A stretch of 64,000 bases of DNA from Gloeobacterales cyanobacterium (lineage in GTDB: Bacteria; Cyanobacteriota; Cyanobacteriia; Gloeobacterales; PMM-0068): assembly GCA_038245785.1 (NCBI GenBank), contig JBBRSB010000008.1, forward strand, positions 71,823 to 135,822, read 5' to 3'. Positions within the stretch are counted from its first letter, which is position 1, and every line of letters begins with the position of its first letter. Under the pieces are notes generated by a model, which saw only the letters and a program-made list of their open reading frames with translations, searched no databases and was not told where the DNA came from. Both the position numbers and the translations under genes were made by a program. This document shows, in pieces, positions 1 to 9,938 of the stretch.

Positions 1-139
1 CGACGACTCATTCCACACGCTCCTAGACAGCTAGAGAGCCATGATACACGAGACAATTTTAAGCTTTATTCGAGATTAGATAAAAAACTTAAAGAGCGTT
101 CTAGTATCAAAGTATTCAAGCACTCTAGAGGCTATCTAT

Positions 140-616
140 ATGAACCAATATATCGTTGCTGTAGTGGATAGCGCAAAAGCACGCCTTTTAACCTTACAAT
201 CTGCCACATCATCTGAGTCTGGACCTCATTTGATTGAACATGAAGGTCTAGTCAGTCCGGCAGGTGAACTTAAAGGGCAAGAGCTTTGGTCAAGTAGCAA
301 GACTGGACGCAATCGAGGTTCTTCCGGTCAAGCCCACAGCTATGATGATCACCGGGAAAATCATATCGTTGAATTTGAGCGACACTTTGGTCATTCAATT
401 ACGACTCGAATTATTGATTTAATTCAGACTCATCAGGCTCAACAACTCTTCCTCAATTAGTGAGACAAAATCCTCGGACTGATGCGGGAATCTCTCATGC
501 CTTTATTACCCAAAGATATCAAGATTAATGAATTAGCCAAGAATCTTTGCCAACTCAAACCTCATGAACTCTATGAGTATCTTGTGAACAAAGAGTTGCT
601 TCCTGCTAGAGTTTAG
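140..616 (+). pseudogene. Host attachment protein (AtsE / bacterial-archaeo-eukaryotic release factor family 12-like), interrupted
   Basis: IVAVVDSAKARLL...GR..HSYDDHRENHIVEFERHF motifs. TAG-TGA at 458-463, after which the same frame continues DKILGLMRESL...ELAKNLCQLKPHELYEYL to TAG at 614-616. Confidence 0.75.
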
Positions 617-617
617 A

Positions 618-1484
618 CTAATAAGCCGATCTTATGTAGCCCGTTTCCTTGTCGATGAGGATTCTGTCAACGAGGTCGTTCTTCTGCGTCAATATCTCGG
701 CTTCAAAGGCCCCTGCCGCGTCTTTTATTTTTCCCAGCTTCAGGTTGGGGTTCTTCGTAGAATTCAAATAGTCTTTGATCAGGGCCTCGGCTCCCTTTGC
801 ATCAATAGATTTGCCCGTTGACGGGGATTGCCGTCTATAGCTGCGGCCCATGCCGTAATTGTATCCACCCATCATGCCAGGCCCCATGCCGGAACCGTAT
901 CCACCCATCATGCCCGATCCCCTGCTGTATCCATAGCCAGTACCCATGCTCAAGGCATGCTGAAACATTGCCAGATGCCAGCGGCTTTGAAGAAGGATGG
1001 TATTCAACACCTGAGCCGTATCGCGATCGGCTGCCTTTTTTACAAGCTCCTCATAACGGGGTAATAAATCGCTTTCCACTTTTGTGCCGAGTTCGTAGGC
1101 CTCTCTCAAGGTCTTATTCTGCACGACTGGTTCTGCCTTCCCATCGGCAGGCAGCCCATAGGCTTCAAACAGTTGCCCGATCCACGCAATGTGATTCTCC
1201 TCCTGAGGGATGACCATCACGTAAGGCATATGGGCGTTGAATTTTTCCTGATCGGCCTGATATTGGGCCAAAGATTGTTTTTCAAGCGTCAAAATCTCCT
1301 TCAGTTTTTGTATCCATTCTGCGTTTTTGGGTGCGGGCAATTTAGCCGGAACATTGACCTGACCTCCCATCATTCCCGGTCCCATGCCGTAGCCGCCTCT
1401 GCCGGGTTGACTCTGCGCCGTAGGGGTTCCAAGACCAAAGGCCACAGCCAGTGCCAATGGAATAATGAAAATGCTCTTGTTCAT
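618..1484 (-). CDS. Secreted ferritin-like (DUF2202-like) protein with Gly/Met-rich repeats and PepSY-like C-terminus
   Basis: Signal peptide MNKSIFIIPLALAVAFG after an AAGGAA RBS; ferritin-type E..ExxH spacing (EENH, SRWH); GYGMGPGMMGG repeats. Confidence 0.6.
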   Translation of the reverse strand: MNKSIFIIPLALAVAFGLGTPTAQSQPGRGGYGMGPGMMGGQVNVPAKLPAPKNAEWIQKLKEILTLEKQSLAQYQADQEKFNAHMPYVMVIPQEENHIAWIGQLFEAYGLPADGKAEPVVQNKTLREAYELGTKVESDLLPRYEELVKKAADRDTAQVLNTILLQSRWHLAMFQHALSMGTGYGYSRGSGMMGGYGSGMGPGMMGGYNYGMGRSYRRQSPSTGKSIDAKGAEALIKDYLNSTKNPNLKLGKIKDAAGAFEAEILTQKNDLVDRILIDKETGYIRSAY

Positions 1485-1684
1485 AGATTTTTCCTTTAGG
1501 ATGTGTAAAAGTAGCGGAGGCAAATTTTGCCGCCATGCACAGTGTGAAACCCTTGCTGGGGAAAAGCTATAAAAGTGACTTTTCACCATGGCATTACAGC
1601 TAGAGCATTCCTGAAAGGTATGTGTGAATCACGGAGGATTTGCTCCAGAGATTGAGAAAAGGGTGCCTGCTAACGCCCTTGGTT

Positions 1685-4429
1685 TCAAGGCTTAGTACCC
1701 TGATTCAATTTCTGCAAGATATTCTCAAGCTCTTGTTGATAGCGACCATAGTCAGCCCAATTCCCCTGACGTGCTGCGGTGGTTGCCTTTTGATAAATTT
1801 CTAGAGCAGATTGGACGAGGGTGAGAATCTTGCCTGTTACGGGACTGAGCACTTTCTTCTCTGCGGAGACACCCCCAAAGATCGCAGCCAGGGATTTTTC
1901 TAGCGTTTCTTCCATCACCACGGCCTTGTCATAGGAGACAATTACCCGCTTCAGCTCAGGCAGTTCACCCTGTTCAGCCCGCAGATAGATGGGCTCCACG
2001 TACAACAAAGATTCCTGAATTGGAATAACTAACAAATCCCCACGAATGACCTTGGAACCTGCCTGACTCCACAAAGTAAACTGCTGGGAAATTTGAGTAT
2101 CCTGGTCAATCCGCGCCTCAATTTGCCGGGGACCATAGACCAGCTTTCGTTTTGAAAACTCATACAACAGCAACTTGCCATAGTCCTTGCCGTTGGAACG
2201 GGCTGCCATCCAGGCAATCATGTTGTCTTTATTCGTAGGTGTAAACGGCAGAATCAAAATAAATCCGGCCTTTGCTTCCCCCGGCAAACGCATGACCACG
2301 TAGTAGGGCTGCATGATCTGCTCACTGCCTTCATAGGTCTGGATTGGGAATCGCCATAAGTCTTCCCGGTTATAAAACGCCTCCGGATCCGTCATGTGGT
2401 AAGACAAGTACATCTGTGCCTGAATTTTGAAGAGATCAAGGGGGTAGCGAAAATGGGCTTTAACCTCTGTAGGAATGGCTGCATTAGGTTCAAATAGATG
2501 AGGGAATATCTTGCGGTAGGTCGCGAGGATCGGGTCAGTCTCATCGACGACGAAAAACCGTAGGGTGCCGTCATAAGCATCGACCAGCACCTTGACGGAG
2601 TTACGGATATAGTTGACATCCCCGCGCAGAATTCTTCCGGTATCCTCATCTTTTAGAAGGGCTGCCGCATCCTTGCTTTGGGCAGCGGGTTCGGAATAGG
2701 GGTAGTGATTGCTCACGGTGTAGGCATCGACAATCCACTGGAGTCTGCCGTTGATGACCGTGAGGTAAGGGTCATTATCAAACCGTAAAAAGGGTGCGAC
2801 ATGAGCTACCCGTTCCTGAAACTGCCGATAGTAATGGATGCGCGACTGGTCGGTAAAGTAATTGGAGATTAGAATTTGGATGCTGTTTAGGTCATAGGCA
2901 TAGGCCAGTCTGTGCCAGAGCGAGGGAAGCAGCACGCCGCCTTTGCCGCTGTATTGGGTAAAAGCATTGGTACCCCCTAGCGGATAGTCAAATTCTTTAG
3001 TGGAAGTACCTGTAAAGATATAGTTATCGGTTTCTTCACCGTAGTAAATGGCGGGCTGACGCACAGACAGACCGCTCCGGGATACGGGCGGAATATCTTT
3101 GATATACAGTTCAGGTAAACCATCGACAGTAATCTGATTGACCGGGCTCATCACCAGACCATAGCCGTGGGTATATTTCAAGCGCTGGTTGACCCAGGTA
3201 CGGGCCTCTTGCGGTAGCTGGGAATAGGCCAATTCTCGTGCTGATAGCATCACCTGTTGGTAATCGCCGTTGAGGGTGTAGCGATCGACATCTACCCCCT
3301 TAAATCGGTAGTAGAGACGAATCTCCTGGAGCTGGCGGTAGGTGCTGAGCAGGGGACGGTAGTCCCATAAACGAATGTTGCGGATAGTCGGCTGGTTTTC
3401 CTGCAAAACCTGGCGGTTGAGTTGAGCTTCGGCAGCAAAGCTTTGCCTTTGCACGTCCTTCAACCGATAGGCAGCCTGGGTAAATTGGATATTGTGTTCG
3501 AGATAGGGCTTTTCCTTGGCTAATTCATTGGGGTCAACAATAAATTGCTGCTGAAACCAGGGATAAATGCCGTTGGCCAGCACCGAGGTAATCAGGAATA
3601 ACCCAATCCCATAAATGGGTAAAGTAGAATCTCTTTGCAAAATCGAGAAAACAAGCAGGACTGCCACGGCTAACGCGAGGAAGCTCATCATCTGGTAGGC
3701 AAAAAGCTGAGCATGGACATCGGTATAGCCAGCACCAAAGACGACGCCACCGGGAGCGTACAGCATCTGGTAACGTTCGAGCCAGAATCCCCAGGCAATC
3801 AGGGCGCTAATACCTGCCAGCAGCAGGCTCACATGGGTTTTGACTTTGCCCGTCAGGATATTTTCCCAACCCCACTCCAACGTAATTTTGCCCTTCAGCG
3901 CGTAGACCAGAGCAGATAGGGTCAGTCCACAAACGAAGAGAACCAATAGCCAATTCCGAATGTCTTCATAAAGCGGCAGGCTAAAGATATAAAAGCTAAT
4001 GTCTTGCTGAAAAATGGGGTCACGGCTACCGAAATCAGTGGGATGCAGATACTTTAAGATAGTCTCCCAGTCTGAGGCGCTTACCGTTGCGGCAATCAAA
4101 GAAATAAGAAAAATTACACCTGAAGCCAGGTAGTTCAAAAACGTCTCAGCATAGGCTCCTAATTTGCTGTCCTCAAAAAAGCGAAACGTCTCTTCACCAG
4201 CCCAGCGCATAGCAATCTGGTAATTTCCCCAGAGAAAAAGGGTATAGAGGCCAAAGGTGACGACCCAGGCAAGAATTTGCCAGGTCAGTTTAGTCCAAAA
4301 GATCTCAGAAAAACTGACCGCATCGAACCACCATGACTCGGTGAGTATATGGACCAGCAATTTAGACAGAGGTAGACCAATAACCACAATCAGGATTACG
4401 AGTGCAGTACCTCTCTGCCAAGCGTTCAT
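1685..4429 (-). CDS. UPF0182 family membrane protein
   Basis: GAGYTDVHA, NIRLWDYRPL, DVDRY, LKYTHGYG and NYIRNSVK motifs; N-terminal TM helices. Confidence 0.95.
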   Translation of the reverse strand: MNAWQRGTALVILIVVIGLPLSKLLVHILTESWWFDAVSFSEIFWTKLTWQILAWVVTFGLYTLFLWGNYQIAMRWAGEETFRFFEDSKLGAYAETFLNYLASGVIFLISLIAATVSASDWETILKYLHPTDFGSRDPIFQQDISFYIFSLPLYEDIRNWLLVLFVCGLTLSALVYALKGKITLEWGWENILTGKVKTHVSLLLAGISALIAWGFWLERYQMLYAPGGVVFGAGYTDVHAQLFAYQMMSFLALAVAVLLVFSILQRDSTLPIYGIGLFLITSVLANGIYPWFQQQFIVDPNELAKEKPYLEHNIQFTQAAYRLKDVQRQSFAAEAQLNRQVLQENQPTIRNIRLWDYRPLLSTYRQLQEIRLYYRFKGVDVDRYTLNGDYQQVMLSARELAYSQLPQEARTWVNQRLKYTHGYGLVMSPVNQITVDGLPELYIKDIPPVSRSGLSVRQPAIYYGEETDNYIFTGTSTKEFDYPLGGTNAFTQYSGKGGVLLPSLWHRLAYAYDLNSIQILISNYFTDQSRIHYYRQFQERVAHVAPFLRFDNDPYLTVINGRLQWIVDAYTVSNHYPYSEPAAQSKDAAALLKDEDTGRILRGDVNYIRNSVKVLVDAYDGTLRFFVVDETDPILATYRKIFPHLFEPNAAIPTEVKAHFRYPLDLFKIQAQMYLSYHMTDPEAFYNREDLWRFPIQTYEGSEQIMQPYYVVMRLPGEAKAGFILILPFTPTNKDNMIAWMAARSNGKDYGKLLLYEFSKRKLVYGPRQIEARIDQDTQISQQFTLWSQAGSKVIRGDLLVIPIQESLLYVEPIYLRAEQGELPELKRVIVSYDKAVVMEETLEKSLAAIFGGVSAEKKVLSPVTGKILTLVQSALEIYQKATTAARQGNWADYGRYQQELENILQKLNQGTKP

Positions 4430-4755
4430 AATTTTAGAGTTAGTTTCTTAGTGCTCTCTTTCTTAAGCTGGTGGCTAGTGTTCACCCTACTTAGAATGTA
4501 CCTTCGGAACAAAAATTCAGCTCTTAAAAGGAACAGATCTTGACGGCTATGTAAGGAAATTTAAAATGTCAAAAACAACATGGAAATTTTAGGAGCTAAG
4601 AGCTAAGATTCATATCACTTTTGAAGCAATTTGAATACAGTTCTGATCCTCTCTATGTTTGTAAGTGTTGAGCACATAATATGCGGAGCATGAACAAGAG
4701 GAGACAACAGAGGAAAGTCCATACATGGCAGACGTTTGTGCTACAGGAGTAGCCC

Positions 4756-5961
4756 ATGCCAGAAATCATTATCGAAGAATTGGAACGAATCCCCATTGAT
4801 CAGCAACGGATAGAAATAGTGGAACGCAAAGGGCTCGGTCATCCTGATTCGATGTGTGATGCCATGCTGGAGCAGATTTCTATCGCTCTATGCCGCGAGT
4901 ATAGGACTACATTCGGTCGCATCCTTCACCACAACATCGATAAAGGACTGCTAGTCGCCGGACGTACTGCGCCACGTCTGGGTGGGGGCACAGTGCTGGA
5001 ACCGATGCGGCTCGTGATCGGTGATCGGGCCACGGCTGAATATCAAGGGAAACGCATTGATGTCAATGCCATTGCCGAGGCAAACGTTAAGGAATGGCTA
5101 GGCGAGAACCTCCGCTTCGTGGATCCTGATCGGCATCTGATTATCCAGAACGAACTCAAGGAAGGCGCTCCAGAACTTACCGATCTCTTCGAACGCGCGG
5201 TAATGGGTGCTAACGATACTTCGGCGGCTGTCGGATATGCACCCTTAACCGAGACGGAGCAGATTGTTCTAGCGACCGAGCGATATCTGAATGCTCCTGA
5301 ATTCAAACAACGCTTTCCAGAAGCAGGTGAGGATGTGAAGGTAATGGGGTACCGCCGTGACCGAGAACTGGTGCTAACGGTTGCACTAGCCTTTGTCGAT
5401 CGCTTTATTCCTGATATTCAGACGTATTTTGCGCGGAAAGCAGAGATTCAGCATGCCCTGGAAGCGCACTTAGCAGGAAAGAAACAGACGTTAGAGAAAG
5501 TGACTATCTATCTCAACGCCCTAGACGACCCAGCTCGCGCAGAGGGAGGAATGTACCTGACAGTTCTGGGAACTTCAGCAGAAGGGGGCGACGGAGGACA
5601 AGTCGGACGAGGTAATCGAGTGAATGGGTTGATTGCCCTGAACCGCCCGATGGACACGGAAGCTGCAGCAGGAAAAAATCCAGTCAGTCACGTCGGCAAA
5701 ATTTACTCTGTCCTTACTCATCACCTTGCAGCAGCGCTATCTGTTCAAGTGCCAGGATTGCGTGAGGTATATGTCTGTCTGGGTAGCCAAATTGGACAAC
5801 CTATTGACCAGCCGTTAATAGTCTCAGCACAGGTAATGTTACATCCAGGAGTCGCCTTAGCAGATGTCCAATCTACCGTCACAGCGATTATCGAACATGA
5901 GTTGTCAAACATGAGTGCGTTTACAGCACGGTTAGCGCAAGGAGAATTAGCTGTATGGTAA
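4756..5961 (+). CDS. mat: Archaeal-type methionine adenosyltransferase (SAM synthetase)
   Basis: VERKGLGHPDSMCD, HHNIDK, GANDTS, GEDVKVMG, GRGNRVNGLI, EAAAGKNPVSHVGKIY. Confidence 0.9.
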   Translation: MPEIIIEELERIPIDQQRIEIVERKGLGHPDSMCDAMLEQISIALCREYRTTFGRILHHNIDKGLLVAGRTAPRLGGGTVLEPMRLVIGDRATAEYQGKRIDVNAIAEANVKEWLGENLRFVDPDRHLIIQNELKEGAPELTDLFERAVMGANDTSAAVGYAPLTETEQIVLATERYLNAPEFKQRFPEAGEDVKVMGYRRDRELVLTVALAFVDRFIPDIQTYFARKAEIQHALEAHLAGKKQTLEKVTIYLNALDDPARAEGGMYLTVLGTSAEGGDGGQVGRGNRVNGLIALNRPMDTEAAAGKNPVSHVGKIYSVLTHHLAAALSVQVPGLREVYVCLGSQIGQPIDQPLIVSAQVMLHPGVALADVQSTVTAIIEHELSNMSAFTARLAQGELAVW

Positions 5962-6066
5962 GCGTTCATTATCCCAATTGCTGCTGCCTCACAAGTTGCT
6001 CATATTTTTCTCCTACCTTCAAGATAGGGTAAATGCAAAAATCGGCCCGTTGGGGGAACTACTCTG

Positions 6067-6309
6067 ATGAACCAACAAAGAGTCAATGTCTATCTGAATT
6101 TGATTCCAGGGTTGCTGGATTATCCAAAAAGGGAAGAATGGGCCATATTGGGGCAGGACAGGTTGATCAAGCAGCCCCCTCCTGAACCTATTGAGTTTGA
6201 TGATGTCGAGCAAGGAGAAAATCAGCCCCCACCTGAACCCATTGAATTTGATGATATTGAACAAGGAGACGATCGGCCTCCTCCTGAACCCGTCGAATTT
6301 GAAGAATGA
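6067..6309 (+). CDS. Small acidic protein with three PPPEP(I/V)EF(D/E)(D/E) repeats
   Basis: 80-aa ORF with 51-bp tandem repeats whose differences are mostly synonymous. Confidence 0.55.
   Translation: MNQQRVNVYLNLIPGLLDYPKREEWAILGQDRLIKQPPPEPIEFDDVEQGENQPPPEPIEFDDIEQGDDRPPPEPVEFEE
6172..6309 (+). repeat. 51-bp coding tandem repeat (about 2.7 copies)
   Basis: Units start at 6172, 6223 and 6274. Confidence 0.9.
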
Positions 6310-6379
6310 TGTTTAGTTTCAGCGCATTCCGCATTTATCCAAATTTGATGATGAGCGATCGCCCTACACAATAGTAAAT

Positions 6380-7351
6380 ATGCCAATGTCACCAAAACCA
6401 ACCGTCCTGGTTACGCGCACATTGCCGGATGCCGTCGAGGAGCGATTGGCGAGGGACTACACGCCTCGATTTAACGATGCCGATAAGCTTTACCCGACGG
6501 AAGAGTTCCTGACCAAAGCACAGGGAGCCGATGCTCTGCTGATCACCATGAATGATCGTCTGCCCGCCGAGGTGATGGAGCAATTGCCAGAGAGTGTGCA
6601 GGCGATCGCCACCTTTTCAGTTGGCTATGACCATATCGACATAGCAGCAGCAAGAAAGCGGGGAATTGTCGTCACGAACACGCCGGATGTGCTGACTGAT
6701 TCAACGGCGGATGTCACTTTGTTGCTGCTACTAGCGGCTTCTCGTCGCGCCCATGAAGGGGAAACTTTAGTACGCCAGGGACTCTGGTCAGACCCGCGCC
6801 CCACAGAATTACTCGGTATTCAATTGACGGGGAAGCGATTGGGTATCCTGGGTATGGGCCGGATTGGGCGGGCTGTCGCCCAGCGAGCGCGTGCGTTTGG
6901 GATGACTGTTCATTATCATAACCATCGCCGACTCCCCCCAGAAACAGAGTTGGGTGCCATTTTCCATGAACAACCCGAAGACCTGCTAAGGGTCAGTGAG
7001 TTCTTTTCGTTTCATTGTCCTGCGACTCCACAAACCGAGAAATTCCTGAATGCCCAACGAATTGCTCTACTTCCAGATGGGGCAGTTGTTATCAATGCAG
7101 CGCGCGGTTCTCTGATTGTGGATGATGACCTGATTGCGGCATTGCGCTCTGGCAAGATCGCTGCTGCTGGTTTAGATGTCTACAATGGTGAGCCCTACAT
7201 CCACCCTGCTTATCAGACACTGCCTAACACATTTCTCCTCCCTCACATCGGCAGTGCAACGGTAGAAACCCGCACTGAGATGGGATTTATCGCTTTAGAT
7301 AATCTGGATGCTGTCTTCGCAGGGAAGCAGCCGCCTAACCTGATTCGCTAG
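6380..7351 (+). CDS. D-2-hydroxyacid dehydrogenase (glyoxylate/hydroxypyruvate reductase-like)
   Basis: SVGYDHID, TNTPDVL, GILGMGRIG, INAARG, GLDVY..EP, LPHIGSAT. Confidence 0.9.
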   Translation: MPMSPKPTVLVTRTLPDAVEERLARDYTPRFNDADKLYPTEEFLTKAQGADALLITMNDRLPAEVMEQLPESVQAIATFSVGYDHIDIAAARKRGIVVTNTPDVLTDSTADVTLLLLLAASRRAHEGETLVRQGLWSDPRPTELLGIQLTGKRLGILGMGRIGRAVAQRARAFGMTVHYHNHRRLPPETELGAIFHEQPEDLLRVSEFFSFHCPATPQTEKFLNAQRIALLPDGAVVINAARGSLIVDDDLIAALRSGKIAAAGLDVYNGEPYIHPAYQTLPNTFLLPHIGSATVETRTEMGFIALDNLDAVFAGKQPPNLIR

Positions 7352-7388
7352 AATATCTTGACAACACGCAGCTTAAAGACAGCCCACA

Positions 7389-8051
7389 CTAACGATGGAG
7401 ATACTGGCCGAACCATAAACTTGCCAGCCGTGCAGCCTCCTCTAGCGTGCCCGGCTCTTCAAAAAGGTGAGTAGCTCCAGGGACAATGGTGAGTTGTTTG
7501 GCGACATGCAGCTGGTCTAAAGCTTCTTGGTTCATCTTGATGATGGGGAGATCATATCCCCCGACAATCAGGAGCGTGGGAGCCTGGACCCGTGCGAGGG
7601 CTGAACCCGCCAGATCAGGTCTTCCTCCCCGCGAGACAATCGCACCAATATCCTTGGGACGTTCTGCAGCGGCGACCAAAGCGGCACCCGCCCCCGTACT
7701 GGCCCCAAAGTAGCCAATCCGGAGATGTTCTGCCTCAGAGTTATGTTTGAGCCAGTCTGTAGCACCCACCAACCGTTCTGCCAAAAGACCAATATTGAAA
7801 CGGAGGTGTCTGGTCCATCGCTCCGCAGCCTCTTCGTTTGCGGTAAGCAGATCAATTAACAGAGTGGCTAACCCTGCATCAGAGAGCACTTGGGCAACGT
7901 AGCGATTGCGGGGACTATGTCGGCTGCTGCCACTGCCATGGGCGAAAAGCACAATTCCCTGAGCTCCTTCGGGCAAGGTTAGGCTGCCTTCAAGGACAAT
8001 GTGCCCTGCCAAAACGCGCACTAAGTGTTCTTTTTTCATGGTTGTTGTCAT
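7389..8051 (-). CDS. Dienelactone hydrolase-family alpha/beta hydrolase
   Basis: FAHGSGSSRHSPRN, GYFGASTG, VSRGGRPDLA, GATHLFEEPG; AAGGAGG RBS before ATG 8051. Confidence 0.9.
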   Translation of the reverse strand: MTTTMKKEHLVRVLAGHIVLEGSLTLPEGAQGIVLFAHGSGSSRHSPRNRYVAQVLSDAGLATLLIDLLTANEEAAERWTRHLRFNIGLLAERLVGATDWLKHNSEAEHLRIGYFGASTGAGAALVAAAERPKDIGAIVSRGGRPDLAGSALARVQAPTLLIVGGYDLPIIKMNQEALDQLHVAKQLTIVPGATHLFEEPGTLEEAARLASLWFGQYLHR

Positions 8052-8067
8052 GGGGATATCCTCCTTC

Positions 8068-8496
8068 TTAGAAGAGATCGTTGATGGACTCAATCTGGGG
8101 AGTATGCAGGTCCAGGGTCAGGACCTGATTCACGCCAACAGCCTGCAGCAAATCAGCCACCATTCTGGCTGTAATAGGCTCACGATGACCATTCCGCTTA
8201 TCTGCACGGGCATAGCCAAAGTAGGGAATGACCGCCGTAATATGGGCAGCGGCTGCCCGACGACAGGCATCGGCAAGGGCTAAAAGCTCCATCAAGTGCT
8301 CGTCCACAGGCGGAGAAGTTGATTGCACAATGAAGACTTCTTTTCGACGAACTCTCTCCAGAAGACGCACAGAAACTTCGCTATCAGGAAATCGCTCACA
8401 AATACAGGCCCCAAGCTCCACTCCAAGTTCATGAGCAACTTTGGAAGCCAAGTCTGGAGTGGCCGTGCCAGCAAAGATAACGAAATCATGCGTCAT
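8068..8496 (-). pseudogene. prs: Ribose-phosphate pyrophosphokinase, N-terminal half only
   Basis: RFPDSEV, IVQSTSPPVDEHLMELL, VIPYFGYARAD, TLDLHTPQIE, then a stop; the PRPP-binding C-terminal domain is absent. Confidence 0.85.
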
Positions 8497-8550
8497 CGTG
8501 AAATCCCACGGGAGTGTTGTTTTTAGCGGTCTTAATGAACCCTCTGCATG

Positions 8551-8663
8551 ACCCCCCTTAATCCCCCCCACCCTCCGGGAAGGCTACACCTAGTGGCTAA
8601 GGGGGGAAATGGAGATCTGGTTCCCTCCCCTTACCAAAGGGAGGGCTAGGGTGGGGTGGGGCA
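8551..8663. repeat. Composite GC-rich palindromic dispersed repeat (REP/SDR-like)
   Basis: CCCCCCTTAATCCCCCC...GGGGGG...CCCTCCCCTT..AAGGGGAGGGCTAGGGTGGGG; similar elements at about 20383 and 53105. Confidence 0.6.
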
Positions 8664-8683
8664 AGACTATTTACAGCTCAAAC

Positions 8684-9262
8684 TTACTTTTTAGCTAGGG
8701 GGATCTTGGCGTACTTGCCCATCAATCTAACGGTGCTCGCTTGAGGCCCCCGCTCACCTTCCTCTTCAACAAAACTGACCTCACTACCGATTTCTAGTTC
8801 ATCAAAAGCGTTGTCGAGGACGCTGTGCTGATGGAAATAAACTTCATAACCATCCAATGTCTCAATGAATCCGTAGCCCTCGTCTGGGAATAACTTCGCA
8901 ACGCGTCCCTGGAGTTGTGGAGGTTCGTGTGTTTTGACATCACCCCGTTGGCGGCGAACATAATCCTGTAATTCACGCTTTGCCGCGTCAAAGGCATCAC
9001 GGAGGGCTACATAGATATCTTCATGGGCCTGATGTCCTGACGGAGTGCGGTTCACGACTAGTTCCCCACCAGGGACCGTCAAGTCGATGCGAATGTGATA
9101 AAGGTTCCCTTGGTGATGCCGATGAGGAGCCTCGACCGCTACTCGACACCCCATCAATCGGCTATAAAGCTTATTGAGCTTCTCAGTCTTCTCACGGATT
9201 TTTGCTTCAATAGCCACGGACGACGGAACATTACGAAAGGTGATTTGCAAGGGTAATTGCAT
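8684..9262 (-). CDS. HPF/RaiA ribosome-associated protein fused to a cold-shock domain
   Basis: LQITFRN...CRVAVE..H...DAFDAAKRELQ plus GYGFIET.DGYEVYFH...GPQASTV. Confidence 0.9.
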   Translation of the reverse strand: MQLPLQITFRNVPSSVAIEAKIREKTEKLNKLYSRLMGCRVAVEAPHRHHQGNLYHIRIDLTVPGGELVVNRTPSGHQAHEDIYVALRDAFDAAKRELQDYVRRQRGDVKTHEPPQLQGRVAKLFPDEGYGFIETLDGYEVYFHQHSVLDNAFDELEIGSEVSFVEEEGERGPQASTVRLMGKYAKIPLAKK

Positions 9263-9386
9263 AATCTAGCCTCCCTAAAACGTTGGGTTGAGGAAAATAG
9301 TTTTTGATATCTAAATTGATGAGCTATTTTTCTGTTTTTACTAGACAAAACTTCTAGTTAATTGAGTTTAATTGCGAAAGGAACCA

Positions 9387-9420
9387 ACAGGAAAGCTAGT
9401 TTTCACGCTAGCCTTCCTGT
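9387..9420. terminator. Hairpin downstream of hsp20
   Basis: ACAGGAAAGCTAG...CTAGCCTTCCTGT inverted repeat. Confidence 0.4.
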
Positions 9421-9476
9421 CATGCTAGACTTCCATCTCTTTAGCTATTCCAGGCTTTACCTTAGTAAGTCCAGAA

Positions 9477-9938
9477 TTAGTGAACACTGACCTTCACGGT
9501 TTTGTGCTTCTCTTCCTCCGCCTTCGGTAGGGTGAGGGTAAGAATGCCATCTTTGTATTCAGCATTCACCACGTCATTCTTAATCCGCGCAGGAAGAGGA
9601 ATGACCCGCTGGAACCTACCATAGCGGAACTCAGAGTGCACCATGCCTTTTTCTTCCGTCTTGGTTTCAGACTTGCGCTCACCGCTAATCGAGACCGATT
9701 GCTCTGTCACTTCAATATCCAAGTCCTTAGCTTCTAGACCTGGAATCTCCAGCTTAAGATGAATTTCCTCAGGGGTTTCTTTCATCTCAGCAGAAGGGGT
9801 AAATATGAACTTCTCCCCCTCACCCATAGGTCTAAACTGCTCAAACAAGCGGTCCATCTCGTCCCTCAGGCTTTCCATTTGCCGACGAGGTTCCCAACGT
9901 TCGATTCCTCGGAAGGGTTCCCAACGAGTAATTGCCAT
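9477..9938 (-). CDS. Hsp20/alpha-crystallin small heat shock protein
   Basis: MAITRWEPF, SEFRYGRFQRVIPLP, AEYKDGILTLTLPK. Confidence 0.95.
   Translation of the reverse strand: MAITRWEPFRGIERWEPRRQMESLRDEMDRLFEQFRPMGEGEKFIFTPSAEMKETPEEIHLKLEIPGLEAKDLDIEVTEQSVSISGERKSETKTEEKGMVHSEFRYGRFQRVIPLPARIKNDVVNAEYKDGILTLTLPKAEEEKHKTVKVSVH

Noticed and set aside
4681..4752. 23-aa ORF just upstream of mat as a leader peptide or SAM riboswitch
   Set aside because: No recognisable riboswitch core or attenuator; likely a chance ORF.
6172..6309. Possible CRISPR array
   Set aside because: Contiguous 51-bp coding repeats with no unique spacers; no cas genes in the window.
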